From: Candidatus Saccharimonadota bacterium | GTDB taxonomy: Bacteria; Patescibacteriota; Gracilibacteria; UBA1369; 2-02-FULL-48-14 | Assembly (NCBI GenBank): GCA_016699145.1 | Contig: CP064962.1 | Span: forward strand, 270,001-302,000 | Length of the DNA: 32,000 nt | Direction of reading: 5' to 3' | Part shown: positions 1-9,256 of the stretch, one piece after another | How positions within the stretch are numbered: the first letter of the stretch is position 1 | How the letters are laid out: the number at the start of each line of letters is the position of its first letter | Translations under genes and position numbers: made by a program | Notes under the pieces: model-generated | What the model saw: only the letters and a program-made list of their open reading frames with translations | Database searches by the model: none | Told to the model about the DNA's origin: nothing

Positions 1-1851
1 GAAGAAGGAGGTAAAATTTTTGAAGAACTCACAGGAAGAAACATCAATAAAAGCATTGCCATTTTCGTGGGTGGAGAACTGATTTCCGCTCCCACGGTTC
101 AAGCTCAAATCAGCGGTGGACAAGCACAAATTTCAGGGAGTTTCACCATTGAAGAAGCTCAAGAACTGGCTCGTGATCTCAATACCGGAGCCATCCCTGC
201 CCCCGTTGAACTGGTGGGACAACACAACATCAGCGCCACCCTTGGGGAAGAAGCGTTGAATCAAAGTTTACACGCAGGACTCATTGGTGTGCTCGTGCTG
301 GCCCTCTTCATGATTCTCTACTACCGCTTGCCAGGACTCATCGCCTCTGTCGCTCTGGCCATCTATTCGGCCTTGCTCATCTTCGTGATCAAAAGCTCAG
401 TCCCCGTACTGCTCTCCATCTTGGTCAGCCTGGGCATCTTCTCTTACCTCGTCTACCTCATCCTCAAGAGTCGTGATTCTTTAGGAGAAAAATGCATCGC
501 CTTTGTAGTGGCTTGTTTTGGACTCTTCTTCCTGGCTTCCGTACTGGCTAGCCCCATCACCCTGACCTTAGCGGGCATCGCCGGGGTCGTGCTCTCTATT
601 GGAATGGCCGTGGACGCGAACATCCTCATTTTCGAACGCATGAAAGAAGAACTCCGAGAAGGACGTACCTTACACAGTGCCATCGATGAAGGGTTCAAGC
701 GAGCCTGGGAGTCCATCCGCGACTCCAACTTTTCTTCGCTCATCACTTGTGGCATTTTGTTCTACTTTGGCTCCTCCATCATTCGTGGTTTTGCAGCCAA
801 CCTAGCGCTCGGTATTTTGGTTTCCATGTTCAGCGCCATTTTGCTCACACGCACCTTGTTGCTCTTCACTGCCGAAAGCGGCCTTTCTAAAAAAATGGGG
901 CTCTGGGGCAGCAACATCAAAAAAGAACCCAAACCTTGGCCTATCATGAAGTTCTCTGGCCTTTGGACAGCTCTCTCTGGCCTGCTCGCCGTAGTGGCCA
1001 TTGTGGCCGTGCTGATTTTTGGAGTACGCCTCGGCCTCGATTTCACCGGTGGAACCAGCCTGGAAGTGAAACTCAATAACCCTGAAATAACCAAAGAAGA
1101 AGTGATCAGCGATGTGGAAGCAGTGGCCAGCGCTCTGGGCGAAGATTTGGGCTCCCCGCAAGTGCTTTCCAACGACGAAGGCCATTTCATCATTCGTCTC
1201 AAACACATCTCTGAAGAAGACCGTGTCGCCCTCATGAGCAAATTCAAAGAAAGCAGTCCCAATTTAGAGGAGATCCGTTTCACAACCGTAGGCCCTGTGA
1301 TCGGAGACACGCTCAAACAAAAAGCAGCTCTGGCCTTGGGACTCACTTCCATCATGATTGTGCTGTACATTGCCTTTGCCTTCCGACGCATCCCTAAAGA
1401 GGTCAGCCCTTGGCGCTTTGGGATGTCCGCTATTGTGGCCTTGATCCACGACGTGCTCATTGTTTTTGGCGTCTTCGTGGTGCTCGGGCATTATTACGGA
1501 GTAGAGATGGACGCCCTCTTCATCACGGCGCTGCTCACCATCATGGGATTCTCGGTGCACGACACCATTGTGGTTTTCGACCGTATTCGCGAGAATTTGC
1601 GTCACCGCAGTGAAAAAGAAACTTTGATGGAAACCGCGAACAAAGCCCTCAATCAAACACTGGCGCGTTCCATAAACACTTCCATTTCTACGCTCATCAC
1701 CATCGTGGCCATGCTCATTCTGGGCCCCGAAAGCATTCGCATGTTCCTACTCGCGCTGACCGTGGGTATTGTGGCCGGAACCTATTCCTCCATCTTCATT
1801 GCCAGCCCTCTCATGGTTTGGTGGAACAACTGGGCCGTCAAACGTCGATAA
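1..1851 (+). CDS. secDF: Fused protein-export membrane protein SecDF (5' end cut by window edge)
   Basis: Frame 1 is open from nt 1 (EEGGKIFEELTGRNINKSIAIFVGGELISAPTVQAQISGGQAQISGSFTIEEAQELA, a SecD head-domain motif), so the listed GTG at 67 is internal. A SecD TM bundle (GMAVDANILIFERMKEE) is followed by a SecF module (LGLDFTGGTSLEV, GFSVHDTIVVFDRIREN). Confidence 0.9.
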   Translation, partial: EEGGKIFEELTGRNINKSIAIFVGGELISAPTVQAQISGGQAQISGSFTIEEAQELARDLNTGAIPAPVELVGQHNISATLGEEALNQSLHAGLIGVLVLALFMILYYRLPGLIASVALAIYSALLIFVIKSSVPVLLSILVSLGIFSYLVYLILKSRDSLGEKCIAFVVACFGLFFLASVLASPITLTLAGIAGVVLSIGMAVDANILIFERMKEELREGRTLHSAIDEGFKRAWESIRDSNFSSLITCGILFYFGSSIIRGFAANLALGILVSMFSAILLTRTLLLFTAESGLSKKMGLWGSNIKKEPKPWPIMKFSGLWTALSGLLAVVAIVAVLIFGVRLGLDFTGGTSLEVKLNNPEITKEEVISDVEAVASALGEDLGSPQVLSNDEGHFIIRLKHISEEDRVALMSKFKESSPNLEEIRFTTVGPVIGDTLKQKAALALGLTSIMIVLYIAFAFRRIPKEVSPWRFGMSAIVALIHDVLIVFGVFVVLGHYYGVEMDALFITALLTIMGFSVHDTIVVFDRIRENLRHRSEKETLMETANKALNQTLARSINTSISTLITIVAMLILGPESIRMFLLALTVGIVAGTYSSIFIASPLMVWWNNWAVKRR

Positions 1852-1888
1852 AAGCCATTGGGTGCAATAAAAACCTATGTTACACTAG

Positions 1889-1919
1889 GCCCCGCCAGAT
1901 TGGCGGGGCTTTCTCTTCC
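1889..1919 (+). terminator. Rho-independent terminator after secDF
   Basis: GC-rich hairpin GCCCCGCCA-gat-TGGCGGGGC (1889..1909) followed by the T-rich tract tttctcttc, 38 nt after the secDF stop. Confidence 0.6.
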
Positions 1920-1951
1920 AGCCCAGATCTTCAGAAGGAAATCAAAAAAAT

Positions 1952-2028
1952 GCACCCATAGCTCAACTGGATAGAGCACTGGTCTTCGGAACCAGGGGTT
2001 GGGGGTTCGACTCCCTCTGGGTGCACCA
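1952..2028 (+). tRNA. tRNA-Arg (anticodon UCG), CCA encoded
   Basis: Manual cloverleaf: acceptor GCACCCA/TGGGTGC, D arm GCTC-AACTGGATA-GAGC, anticodon arm CTGGT-CTTCGGA-ACCAG (U33, anticodon TCG, G37), variable loop GGGTT, T arm GGGGG-TTCGACT-CCCTC, discriminator A, then CCA. Confidence 0.9.
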
Positions 2029-2133
2029 GTTACTGCTTAGAAAGTGGATCAGTTTTTTACTGTGCAAACTTGTTCCACAAAATATTCAAAGCCATCCATT
2101 ATTTCTTGAGAATTCATTGCATATTCTCGATCA

Positions 2134-3999
2134 TCACCAAAAAACTTTACGCTGAGCCTTCATTAAGTAATTATCATAATACGTGTAAAGAGCGACTGCT
2201 CTTCGAGAATTATCTCCATCAATTGGAGTAAGTCTAACAACATATTCATATCCAGAAAATTGCGAACGAGCAATCTCCCAACTCACCCGAACTTCACCAC
2301 TCTCTCCATTCTCTCCATCAAAATAGTATACGTATAAACCAGGATCACACTTACCCCTATGCAGAGCATAAGCAGCATTGAATTGCGCTTCCGAAGGCAT
2401 TGTATGCGTAGGAACAGCCTTTTCCTTTTCCTTCGGCGCCTCCGGTTTCACAGCACTGGCTTTTATCACTTTAGCCTTCGATGAAGAAGTTGAAGCCGGT
2501 TTAGTTGAACCAGAAGTTTTCGCCGATGCCACGGGTTCTACAGCTTTAGTATGCGAAAATTTTGCAGCCTTGAGACGCTCAAGCCATTCCCTATAACGTC
2601 CCGTCACAAGGTCCACATATTCTTCAACCGTTTGTCTAGCCTTGGCACTGCCCTCCCCTTTACTCGTTTGCAAACGCACATTCAAGTCCACTCCCAATTC
2701 TTGACCTTCTTGTAAAATACTTCGGACCACACAATCTTCCATCAAATCTTTACCCGTTTTCGCAAAAGCCTCTCGGATTTGCTCATCTTCGAAACCCAGC
2801 TCATGCTTTTCATTGAACTGAAACGCTGCCAGTAAAGTGGAGGAATCTCTAGTTGAATCAGGCAAACCTTTAGCCGTATAAAAAACCAAATCTCCATCCA
2901 CTTCCAAATCAGGAGTTACACCCTGCAAAATCACCTGAATTTTAGCCTTAAAGTGAGCAAAAGGCCCACCTTTATAGTCCCCAATCACAGATGGCAAATC
3001 ATTGCCATAAACTTCTTGCAATGCTTTGAGAAGTCGTACGGTGTATTGAATGCCCGTTTCAGGAGAGTTAAGCAATTCCAACTGACGCATGCGCAACTGA
3101 TCAGGAGTCAAAGTCTTCCGCTCTTCTAAAGAAAAAGTATTCCATGCGTTGATTTGAGTGGGCCCAAGCGAATGCACCAAGCCCAAAGCTAAAAATTCCC
3201 AATCTTCACCAAACCGCTGCACAATTAAAGCACGCGTATTTTCCTTTCCTTCAGCTTTAAGAGCATCAATCCCATCATGCAAAATTTTAAGCACACTCCC
3301 TTCACTTTTAGCAGCTTTAGCACGGTCTAAAAAAGGTTCATAATCGTCATAAATGCCCAAATCTTTAGCCCATTGCAAAGCCCCAGGATACTGCTTCTCT
3401 TTTGCCTCAATAGTGTCAGAAATTTCACTCCGTACTTGTCCAGATGTAAATGCTGGATCCACCTGGAAATCAGATTCTGTTTCAATAAAGGCCAATAACA
3501 AAGCCATCTTAGTTACAGTCAGTGGATACCTTTCCTTTTCCATGGCACTCACAAGAGCGTTAGCCCAACGCCCAGCCTCCACCTCATCGTTCGGAAAACG
3601 GAATTCCAAAGCAGACTGCAGCGCCCTTTTCGCCAAAGCAGGCTCCAAAGCTTCCGCTTGAGGAGGAGGCGTCAACTCCCACTCAGATGCCCCACACTCT
3701 GGTTCCTGCACCGATTCTATCTCAGTTTCAGAAGAAGGCAGCGATGCCGTAGGAGTTCCCCAATGTTCGCTTAGGGCGGCAATCGCTGTACCAAGCTTGA
3801 GCCTCTGTTCTAAAAAGATACCTCCTCCCGTACCAATACCACCAAAAGCTGCCAATACGAGCCCCTTTCTCAAATGACTTCGGATTTTATCTAAAAAACC
3901 TCTACTGGAAGCAGAAGGGACATCCCTCGATGAGGAGCCTCTCCTCAACGGATTGAGAGCTCGAACAGATTTCCCATACTTTTCCTCAGGCTTGCCCAT
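2134..3999 (-). CDS. Membrane-anchored hypothetical protein (possible divergent lytic-transglycosylase-like domain)
   Basis: Long ORF. The listed start at 4011 is TTG, and the first ATG is at 3999 (MGKPEEKYGK). It has one N-terminal TM (GLVLAAFGGIGTGGGIFL), an ALLLAFIETESDFQVDPAFTS segment, a later SLGPTQINAWN segment, and an Ala/Ser/Lys-rich linker before a C-terminal ~90-aa domain. No family is confidently recognised. Confidence 0.7.
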   Translation of the reverse strand: MGKPEEKYGKSVRALNPLRRGSSSRDVPSASSRGFLDKIRSHLRKGLVLAAFGGIGTGGGIFLEQRLKLGTAIAALSEHWGTPTASLPSSETEIESVQEPECGASEWELTPPPQAEALEPALAKRALQSALEFRFPNDEVEAGRWANALVSAMEKERYPLTVTKMALLLAFIETESDFQVDPAFTSGQVRSEISDTIEAKEKQYPGALQWAKDLGIYDDYEPFLDRAKAAKSEGSVLKILHDGIDALKAEGKENTRALIVQRFGEDWEFLALGLVHSLGPTQINAWNTFSLEERKTLTPDQLRMRQLELLNSPETGIQYTVRLLKALQEVYGNDLPSVIGDYKGGPFAHFKAKIQVILQGVTPDLEVDGDLVFYTAKGLPDSTRDSSTLLAAFQFNEKHELGFEDEQIREAFAKTGKDLMEDCVVRSILQEGQELGVDLNVRLQTSKGEGSAKARQTVEEYVDLVTGRYREWLERLKAAKFSHTKAVEPVASAKTSGSTKPASTSSSKAKVIKASAVKPEAPKEKEKAVPTHTMPSEAQFNAAYALHRGKCDPGLYVYYFDGENGESGEVRVSWEIARSQFSGYEYVVRLTPIDGDNSRRAVALYTYYDNYLMKAQRKVFW

Positions 4000-4032
4000 A
4001 AATCCATGCAATTAAAACATGATAAAAACTCA

Positions 4033-4061
4033 TTGTCAAACATTTGCCAAAAGAGTAAAAT
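4033..4061 (+). promoter_or_regulatory. Sigma70-like promoter (TTGTCA-17 nt-TAAAAT) for the 4082 gene
   Basis: -35 TTGTCA at 4033..4038, 17-nt spacer, -10 TAAAAT at 4056..4061, 20 nt upstream of the ATG at 4082. Confidence 0.4.
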
Positions 4062-4081
4062 AGACTCTTAATAAGGTTCGC

Positions 4082-4507
4082 ATGGAAACGAAAACTGAGA
4101 CCACAGAATACCGCCAACCCATTGAAACAGCTGGAAGCTATACTCTGGACTTAGCCGAGGTAGAAGAATGGATACGACAAAAGCGATCTTTTAAAGTGAC
4201 TCTGCATTTTCATTACAAACATGGAGGATGGTCCGCCATGAAACAGGACTACGTTTGGCTGGCTGGAATTTTACAAGAACCGGTCTTCAGCACTGTAGCG
4301 GGTCCTAATGACCATTGTTCCACAGCGACCTGCACCCAAGAAGGCATCGTAAAAGCAGAGCTTAAAGAAGACGTAAAGCTTTCCATCAAATGGAGATTTT
4401 TAACAAAAAAAGAAACCGCAGGGGAAACACTGCTCGCAATCACAGACAAGGTTTTAAGCTCAATTTTCAAACTTATGAACTGGAAACCAACGGATAGGAA
4501 GCCCTAA
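4082..4507 (+). CDS. Hypothetical protein, 141 aa, no recognisable domain
   Basis: ORF with an ATG start preceded by a good promoter-like element. No TM segment, signal peptide or known motif. Confidence 0.55.
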   Translation: METKTETTEYRQPIETAGSYTLDLAEVEEWIRQKRSFKVTLHFHYKHGGWSAMKQDYVWLAGILQEPVFSTVAGPNDHCSTATCTQEGIVKAELKEDVKLSIKWRFLTKKETAGETLLAITDKVLSSIFKLMNWKPTDRKP

Positions 4508-4510
4508 TCT

Positions 4511-6685
4511 TCACTCGCGTATCAAATCCATGACCACTAAGTAACGGTAAAGCTCCACGGCCATTTCAGATCGAGAGCGCCCTTCAGTGGCTTCAAAAAC
4601 AGTGCCAGGTTCTTCTTCTAAAATACCCAATTCCGAAGCCTCACTCACATAAATGGAGTACCAGGCATGGGAGTTCAAATCTTCATAAGGCAATTCCTCC
4701 GTCACCGTCCCTTCTTGAAGGCCGGCCTCATAAACATTGAAAAGCATCTTCAAGGCCTCCACCTTGTTGACCGGTTCCCCGGGCTTAAAGCTGCCATCCG
4801 CGTAACCATTCACCCACCCCTCTTCTTTGGCATAACAAACGTATTTAGCGTACCACGCGGTGCCCACATCGCTAAAACAGTTATTGTAATGAGCTCCAGG
4901 AGTGTAACCTCGACCTTCGATCAAAATCTTCAAAAGTTCTGCACGATTGATGGTGACCTCAGGTTTGAAACTTCCATCGGCATACCCTTGAAAAACGCCT
5001 CCTTCCACCAAGGCATGAATCTCGGCATAGCGAGAATGAAGATAAGAAACATCCGAGAAAATCCATGCTTCAGGAGTTACGGCAATTATGGAACTCGCAT
5101 CCACAATGGCCACTCCATTTTCATTGTAAGTTTCCAATTCAAAATAATAGGTTTCCCCCGCCTCCAAACCGCTGATGGTTGCAGAAGTGGTGTAGGCATG
5201 AGGAATGACTTGAGTGAATTCCAAATCGTCGTCTTCGGTTCCATAGTGCACTTCATACGAAAAGACCGAGTCCCGCACCAAACGATTCCAATCCAAAGAA
5301 ACGGAATCCTCATCATAAGAGATCACGCTCAAAACCAAGGTGTTGAGCTCTCCTTTATCGCTCGAAGAAATTTCCCCTTCCTTCGTACCGGCATCTTCAT
5401 CAGTATGAGTCGTTTCCACCTCCACCTGAGCATTGGGAGCCCCAAATTCAGCCCAAAAATTATAAAGATGCCCCTCATCGAAATCGGTGACTCCATTGAG
5501 TTGCGACGCCTCCGCATCCAAAGGAGAAATCACCGCCACTACTCCTTCCACGCCACTCAAATCGGAAAGCTCCAAAGCCTCCTCCATGACTTCATCGGGA
5601 CCTATCGTTTGAGAAGTAGATCGGAGCAAGTTTGCACCCTGCTCGTCATAGGGCACCAAAGTGACCGCAAAACGGATGTTTTCAGGTTTTTGAATATGGA
5701 AATAAAAACTGGAATCCGAACCCGTGTTTTCAAAATAGATGTAATTGCTGCCATACAAAGCAGGAGCATAGTTGGAATCCAATTGCTGATAATCCGTCCC
5801 CGTCTCCCCTTCCAAAAGCAAAACCGAAGGATATAAATTTCCTTCTTCATAAGGTTCAAGGCTCAAATTCCAAAGCGTGAACTGACGAAACACTTCGTTG
5901 AATTCATCCCCCCGAGCGGCCACCACACTTCGAACAGTTTCATACAGTCGAAGGTCACTTTCATATTCCACTTCAGAAGCAATATACGCTTCCCAAATTT
6001 CTTTCACCACATTGTCATTATAGTATTCTGACAGAAAGCGAGGCCAAATGTTGAGTCCGTATTCAAACAAAGAACCCGTGGGAACAAACGAGGCAAAAAT
6101 GGAATAATCCGGATAGTCAAAAAAGTCGGCCAAATAATTCACATAATCATTGATGGAATCGTATTGCAGATCCTCCACCCAAGTGGCCGTGGCCTCAGCC
6201 CAGTTGATGCCAGGATAAGTGTAGGCGAAACTCACTCCATAACCGAATTGAACCGTATGAAAAATTTCATGGCCCGTCGTGACCTGCAAATATTCTTCAG
6301 AAAGCCACGGATCCAAAGCCACATAAGGGTCCCCATTGCTGAGCAAACTGGTCACCCCCAAACTCCCGGACGCAAGATATTGATCCGTATCGTCCAAAAC
6401 AATCAAAAGCAGCTCCCCTTCTTCCATGGGGTCTGGATAATGAAGGTCTTCTATTAAAACTCCATACGCATACTCGGCAGACTCAGCCACAATGTCCACA
6501 ATATCAGGAAGATCATTGCCATCTTCATCCGCTTGCTCCATCAAAAGCTCAGAAAATTCAATACGATAATGCTCCGTTTCATAGGAATACTGCTTGATGA
6601 GACCATGCCCCAACTCCACCGCTTGAGCAAAATCAGGTGTGAGTAAAAGAACAAAAAAAGGAAGGACGTAACGAAGGTTTTTCAT
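4511..6685 (-). CDS. Secreted HExxH zinc metalloprotease with FN3-like domain and two C-terminal SLH domains
   Basis: The probable start is the ATG at 6685 (MKNLRYVLPFFVLLLTPDFAQA, a signal peptide). TTGHEIFHTVQFGY is encoded at 6257..6271, with a downstream WAEATATWVED. The FN3-like segment is SVSLDWNRL...YEVHYG...ISGLEAGETYYFELETYNENG. The two SLH repeats are FSDVSYLHSRYAEIHALVEGGVFQGYADGSFKP and FSDVGTAWYAKYVCYAKEEGWVNGYADGSFKP. Confidence 0.8.
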   Translation of the reverse strand: MKNLRYVLPFFVLLLTPDFAQAVELGHGLIKQYSYETEHYRIEFSELLMEQADEDGNDLPDIVDIVAESAEYAYGVLIEDLHYPDPMEEGELLLIVLDDTDQYLASGSLGVTSLLSNGDPYVALDPWLSEEYLQVTTGHEIFHTVQFGYGVSFAYTYPGINWAEATATWVEDLQYDSINDYVNYLADFFDYPDYSIFASFVPTGSLFEYGLNIWPRFLSEYYNDNVVKEIWEAYIASEVEYESDLRLYETVRSVVAARGDEFNEVFRQFTLWNLSLEPYEEGNLYPSVLLLEGETGTDYQQLDSNYAPALYGSNYIYFENTGSDSSFYFHIQKPENIRFAVTLVPYDEQGANLLRSTSQTIGPDEVMEEALELSDLSGVEGVVAVISPLDAEASQLNGVTDFDEGHLYNFWAEFGAPNAQVEVETTHTDEDAGTKEGEISSSDKGELNTLVLSVISYDEDSVSLDWNRLVRDSVFSYEVHYGTEDDDLEFTQVIPHAYTTSATISGLEAGETYYFELETYNENGVAIVDASSIIAVTPEAWIFSDVSYLHSRYAEIHALVEGGVFQGYADGSFKPEVTINRAELLKILIEGRGYTPGAHYNNCFSDVGTAWYAKYVCYAKEEGWVNGYADGSFKPGEPVNKVEALKMLFNVYEAGLQEGTVTEELPYEDLNSHAWYSIYVSEASELGILEEEPGTVFEATEGRSRSEMAVELYRYLVVMDLIRE

Positions 6686-6775
6686 AAAATATAAGAAGGC
6701 GTGAAGCAGGCGCCTCATTAAAACACAGACTCGCACTTTTTGTAAAACCCTTTATAGTGAGACAAAAATCCCCCT

Positions 6776-8725
6776 ATGAACTACGCCGACGTTTTCGTTC
6801 AGCATCCTTATTCTCGCAAACAAGCCTCCTTCGTTTATAAAATCAAAGAAGGAATGCACCTTCAAGCCGGAGACGGCGTGCTGGTGCCCTTTCAAAAAGG
6901 AGAAAAACTGGGCCTGGTGCTGCGAATCCATCAAGAAACCCCTTCCTTCAAAGTCAAAGAAATCACTTCTCTTCTCGAAGAGCAACCGCTGCTCTTTCCT
7001 TGGCAAAGGGAACTGGCACAATGGATAAGTGAATACTATTTTTGTTCATTGTGGGATGCCCTACGCCTCTTTTTACCCAAAAACATCTTTAAAAAAAGCC
7101 GGGCTAAGAAAGTTATGAACAAAAAAAATACCCAAGAAAAAAACGAGAAAATACTCAATGAAGAGCAGCAAAAAATCCTCGATTTTTTCTTCCAAAAAAA
7201 ACCTAAAAAAAGCCTCATCCAAGGGGTAACCGGCTCTGGCAAAACCGAGATCTACAAACGGCTCATCCAAAAAACACTAAAGGAAGGGGGACAAGCTCTG
7301 CTCTTGGTGCCTGAAATCTCACTCACACCTCAATTCATCCATTATTTTCAAGAAGATTTCCCTGACCTCGCCGTGATGCACAGCAGAGTGAGTGAAGGCG
7401 AGCGTACCGAGCAATGGAGAAAAATCAAAAAGGGAGAACTGAATCTTGTGCTCGGTTCCCGCTCCGCTACTTTTGTGCCCTTTAAAAATTTACAACTGAT
7501 TGTGATGGATGAAGAGCATGAATGGAGCTACAAACAAGATCAAAGTCCTCGCTATCACACCCGAACCGTGGTGGAAAAAATACAAGAACTGAGCTCCTGT
7601 GCCCTGGTCCTCGGCTCCGCCACTCCCAGCCTCGAAAGTCGTGCCCAGGCCGAAGTAGGAGCATTGACCCACTTCACCTTGCTCAAGCGGGCCCTAGGAA
7701 CTCCTTTACCCAAGGTAGAAATCGTCGACATGCGCGACGAATTGAAAAAACAAAATTTCAGCATGTTCAGCGAAAAGCTTGAACAAAAAATTAGATCAGC
7801 TCTCGACGCCAAAGAACAAGTTTTGCTCTTCTTGAACCGACGCGGCTCCGCCAGCTCCACCCTCTGCCGAGAGTGCGGCAAAGTCTGCGAATGCCCCGAT
7901 TGCCATTTCCCTTTCACCTACCATGCTCGAAACTTCTATCGACCTCTTTTGCTATGCCACCATTGTGGAAAGCAAGTGCCTTTACCCGAGCACTGTGAAC
8001 GCTGCGGCAGTGTGCGCATCAAACAATTGGGTGGAGGAACCGAGAAAGTGGAAAACGAATTGCAGCGCCTTTTCCCACAAGCCCGATTGGCTCGCGCCGA
8101 CAAAGACACCATGAGCAAAAAAGACAGCTTCACAGCTCTGCATCAAAAAATGAAAAATGAGGAGGTGGACATTCTCATCGGCACTCAAATGATCGGCAAA
8201 GGTTGGGATCTGCCCAAAGTCAGCCTCGTGGGTATTTTGCTCGCCGACATGGGTCTCAACATTCCCGATTTCCGCAGCTCAGAACGAGGCTTTCAACTGC
8301 TCACTCAAGTGGCAGGCCGGGCCGGACGCGCCGACACTCAAGGCCAGGTGCTGGTTCAAACATACAATCCTGAACATCCAGTGATTCACTACGTGCAAAA
8401 TCACGACTACGAAAGCTTTTACGAACAAGAAAAATGTTCAAGAGAAATCGATTTACTTCCTCCTTTTGGAAAAATCGTTAAAGTGATTTTTTTAGAGAAA
8501 AGTGCCACACTCTCAGAAAAAAAGGCCAAAGCCCTCTTAGAATTTTTACAAAACGACCTCTCTCATAAAAGCTACGCTGCCCCTGCTTTTCTAAACAAAA
8601 CCAAAGGCAAAATCCAATGGAATGTACTGGTGCAAGGCCTTCATCCTCGCAAGCTGATCCAAAACTGCCCCAAAGAACTCCTAGAAGGGGCCCGCATCGA
8701 CGTGGACCCTATGATTTGCATTTAA
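6776..8725 (+). CDS. priA: Primosomal protein N' (replication restart helicase PriA)
   Basis: Walker A GVTGSGKTE, DEEH box (VMDEEHEWSYKQ), Cys-rich zinc-binding insert (CRECGKVCECPDCHFPFTYH...CHHCG...CERCGS), and helicase motif VI (QVAGRAGR). Confidence 0.92.
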   Translation: MNYADVFVQHPYSRKQASFVYKIKEGMHLQAGDGVLVPFQKGEKLGLVLRIHQETPSFKVKEITSLLEEQPLLFPWQRELAQWISEYYFCSLWDALRLFLPKNIFKKSRAKKVMNKKNTQEKNEKILNEEQQKILDFFFQKKPKKSLIQGVTGSGKTEIYKRLIQKTLKEGGQALLLVPEISLTPQFIHYFQEDFPDLAVMHSRVSEGERTEQWRKIKKGELNLVLGSRSATFVPFKNLQLIVMDEEHEWSYKQDQSPRYHTRTVVEKIQELSSCALVLGSATPSLESRAQAEVGALTHFTLLKRALGTPLPKVEIVDMRDELKKQNFSMFSEKLEQKIRSALDAKEQVLLFLNRRGSASSTLCRECGKVCECPDCHFPFTYHARNFYRPLLLCHHCGKQVPLPEHCERCGSVRIKQLGGGTEKVENELQRLFPQARLARADKDTMSKKDSFTALHQKMKNEEVDILIGTQMIGKGWDLPKVSLVGILLADMGLNIPDFRSSERGFQLLTQVAGRAGRADTQGQVLVQTYNPEHPVIHYVQNHDYESFYEQEKCSREIDLLPPFGKIVKVIFLEKSATLSEKKAKALLEFLQNDLSHKSYAAPAFLNKTKGKIQWNVLVQGLHPRKLIQNCPKELLEGARIDVDPMICI

Positions 8726-8727
8726 AC

Positions 8728-9195
8728 TCACTCCGTCACTTCTGTTTCAGGTTCCTCCAACTCTGATTCTTCTACCACTGTCCTCACGGTGTTATAAATG
8801 CAAGCCATTTCTGTATTGACGCAGACATCTAAAGCACCACTGTAATCTCCAGGAGTGATCGGATCCATAAGGAAACTAATCTCCAAGGACTCCCCCAGGG
8901 GCAAGTTCTTTTTGTAATCAAAACTCATAAAGCCAAAAAAGTCGAACTCCCAGCTTTCAACATAGGCAGGAACCGACTCTTCCATAAGAATCCCTTCCAA
9001 GTAATCTAGGCCAACATCAATACTGGTCAAAGTTTGAGATTCAGTGGATTCATTTGTAACTTTCAGAACAATATCAAAAGTCTCACCCACTTGTACCCGA
9101 CTGGGAGCATCAATGGTGACTGTAACATCTTCAGGATAAACACATCCATTCAAAAGAAGGGCAGAAAGAGCAATAAATAAAAGAATTTTTTTCAT
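8728..9195 (-). CDS. Lipoprotein, Ig-like/CARDB-like beta-sandwich (hypothetical)
   Basis: The probable start is the ATG at 9195 (MKKILLFIALSALLLNGC, a lipobox). The pattern VQVGETFDIVLKVTNESTESQTLTSIDV is typical of CARDB-type domains. Confidence 0.65.
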   Translation of the reverse strand: MKKILLFIALSALLLNGCVYPEDVTVTIDAPSRVQVGETFDIVLKVTNESTESQTLTSIDVGLDYLEGILMEESVPAYVESWEFDFFGFMSFDYKKNLPLGESLEISFLMDPITPGDYSGALDVCVNTEMACIYNTVRTVVEESELEEPETEVTE

Positions 9196-9256
9196 ATAGA
9201 GGAGTGTACTCACATCTTAGCTTTTTTTAAAACAAAAATTAAGCTATAAATAGCCC

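Noticed and set aside
4667-5836. 389-aa + strand ORF inside the SLH metalloprotease gene.
   Set aside because: It is antisense to a gene with clear domain content (HExxH, FN3, SLH). Its translation is Arg/Ile/Phe-rich with no motifs. It is a shadow ORF.
2029-6775. Possible genomic island integrated at the tRNA-Arg 3' end: three orphan or envelope genes lie between the tRNA and priA.
   Set aside because: There is no integrase or recombinase. I could not find a direct repeat of the tRNA 3' end near 6700..6780. There is no obvious change in composition or codon style by eye. It is treated as a lineage-specific envelope block rather than a mobile element.
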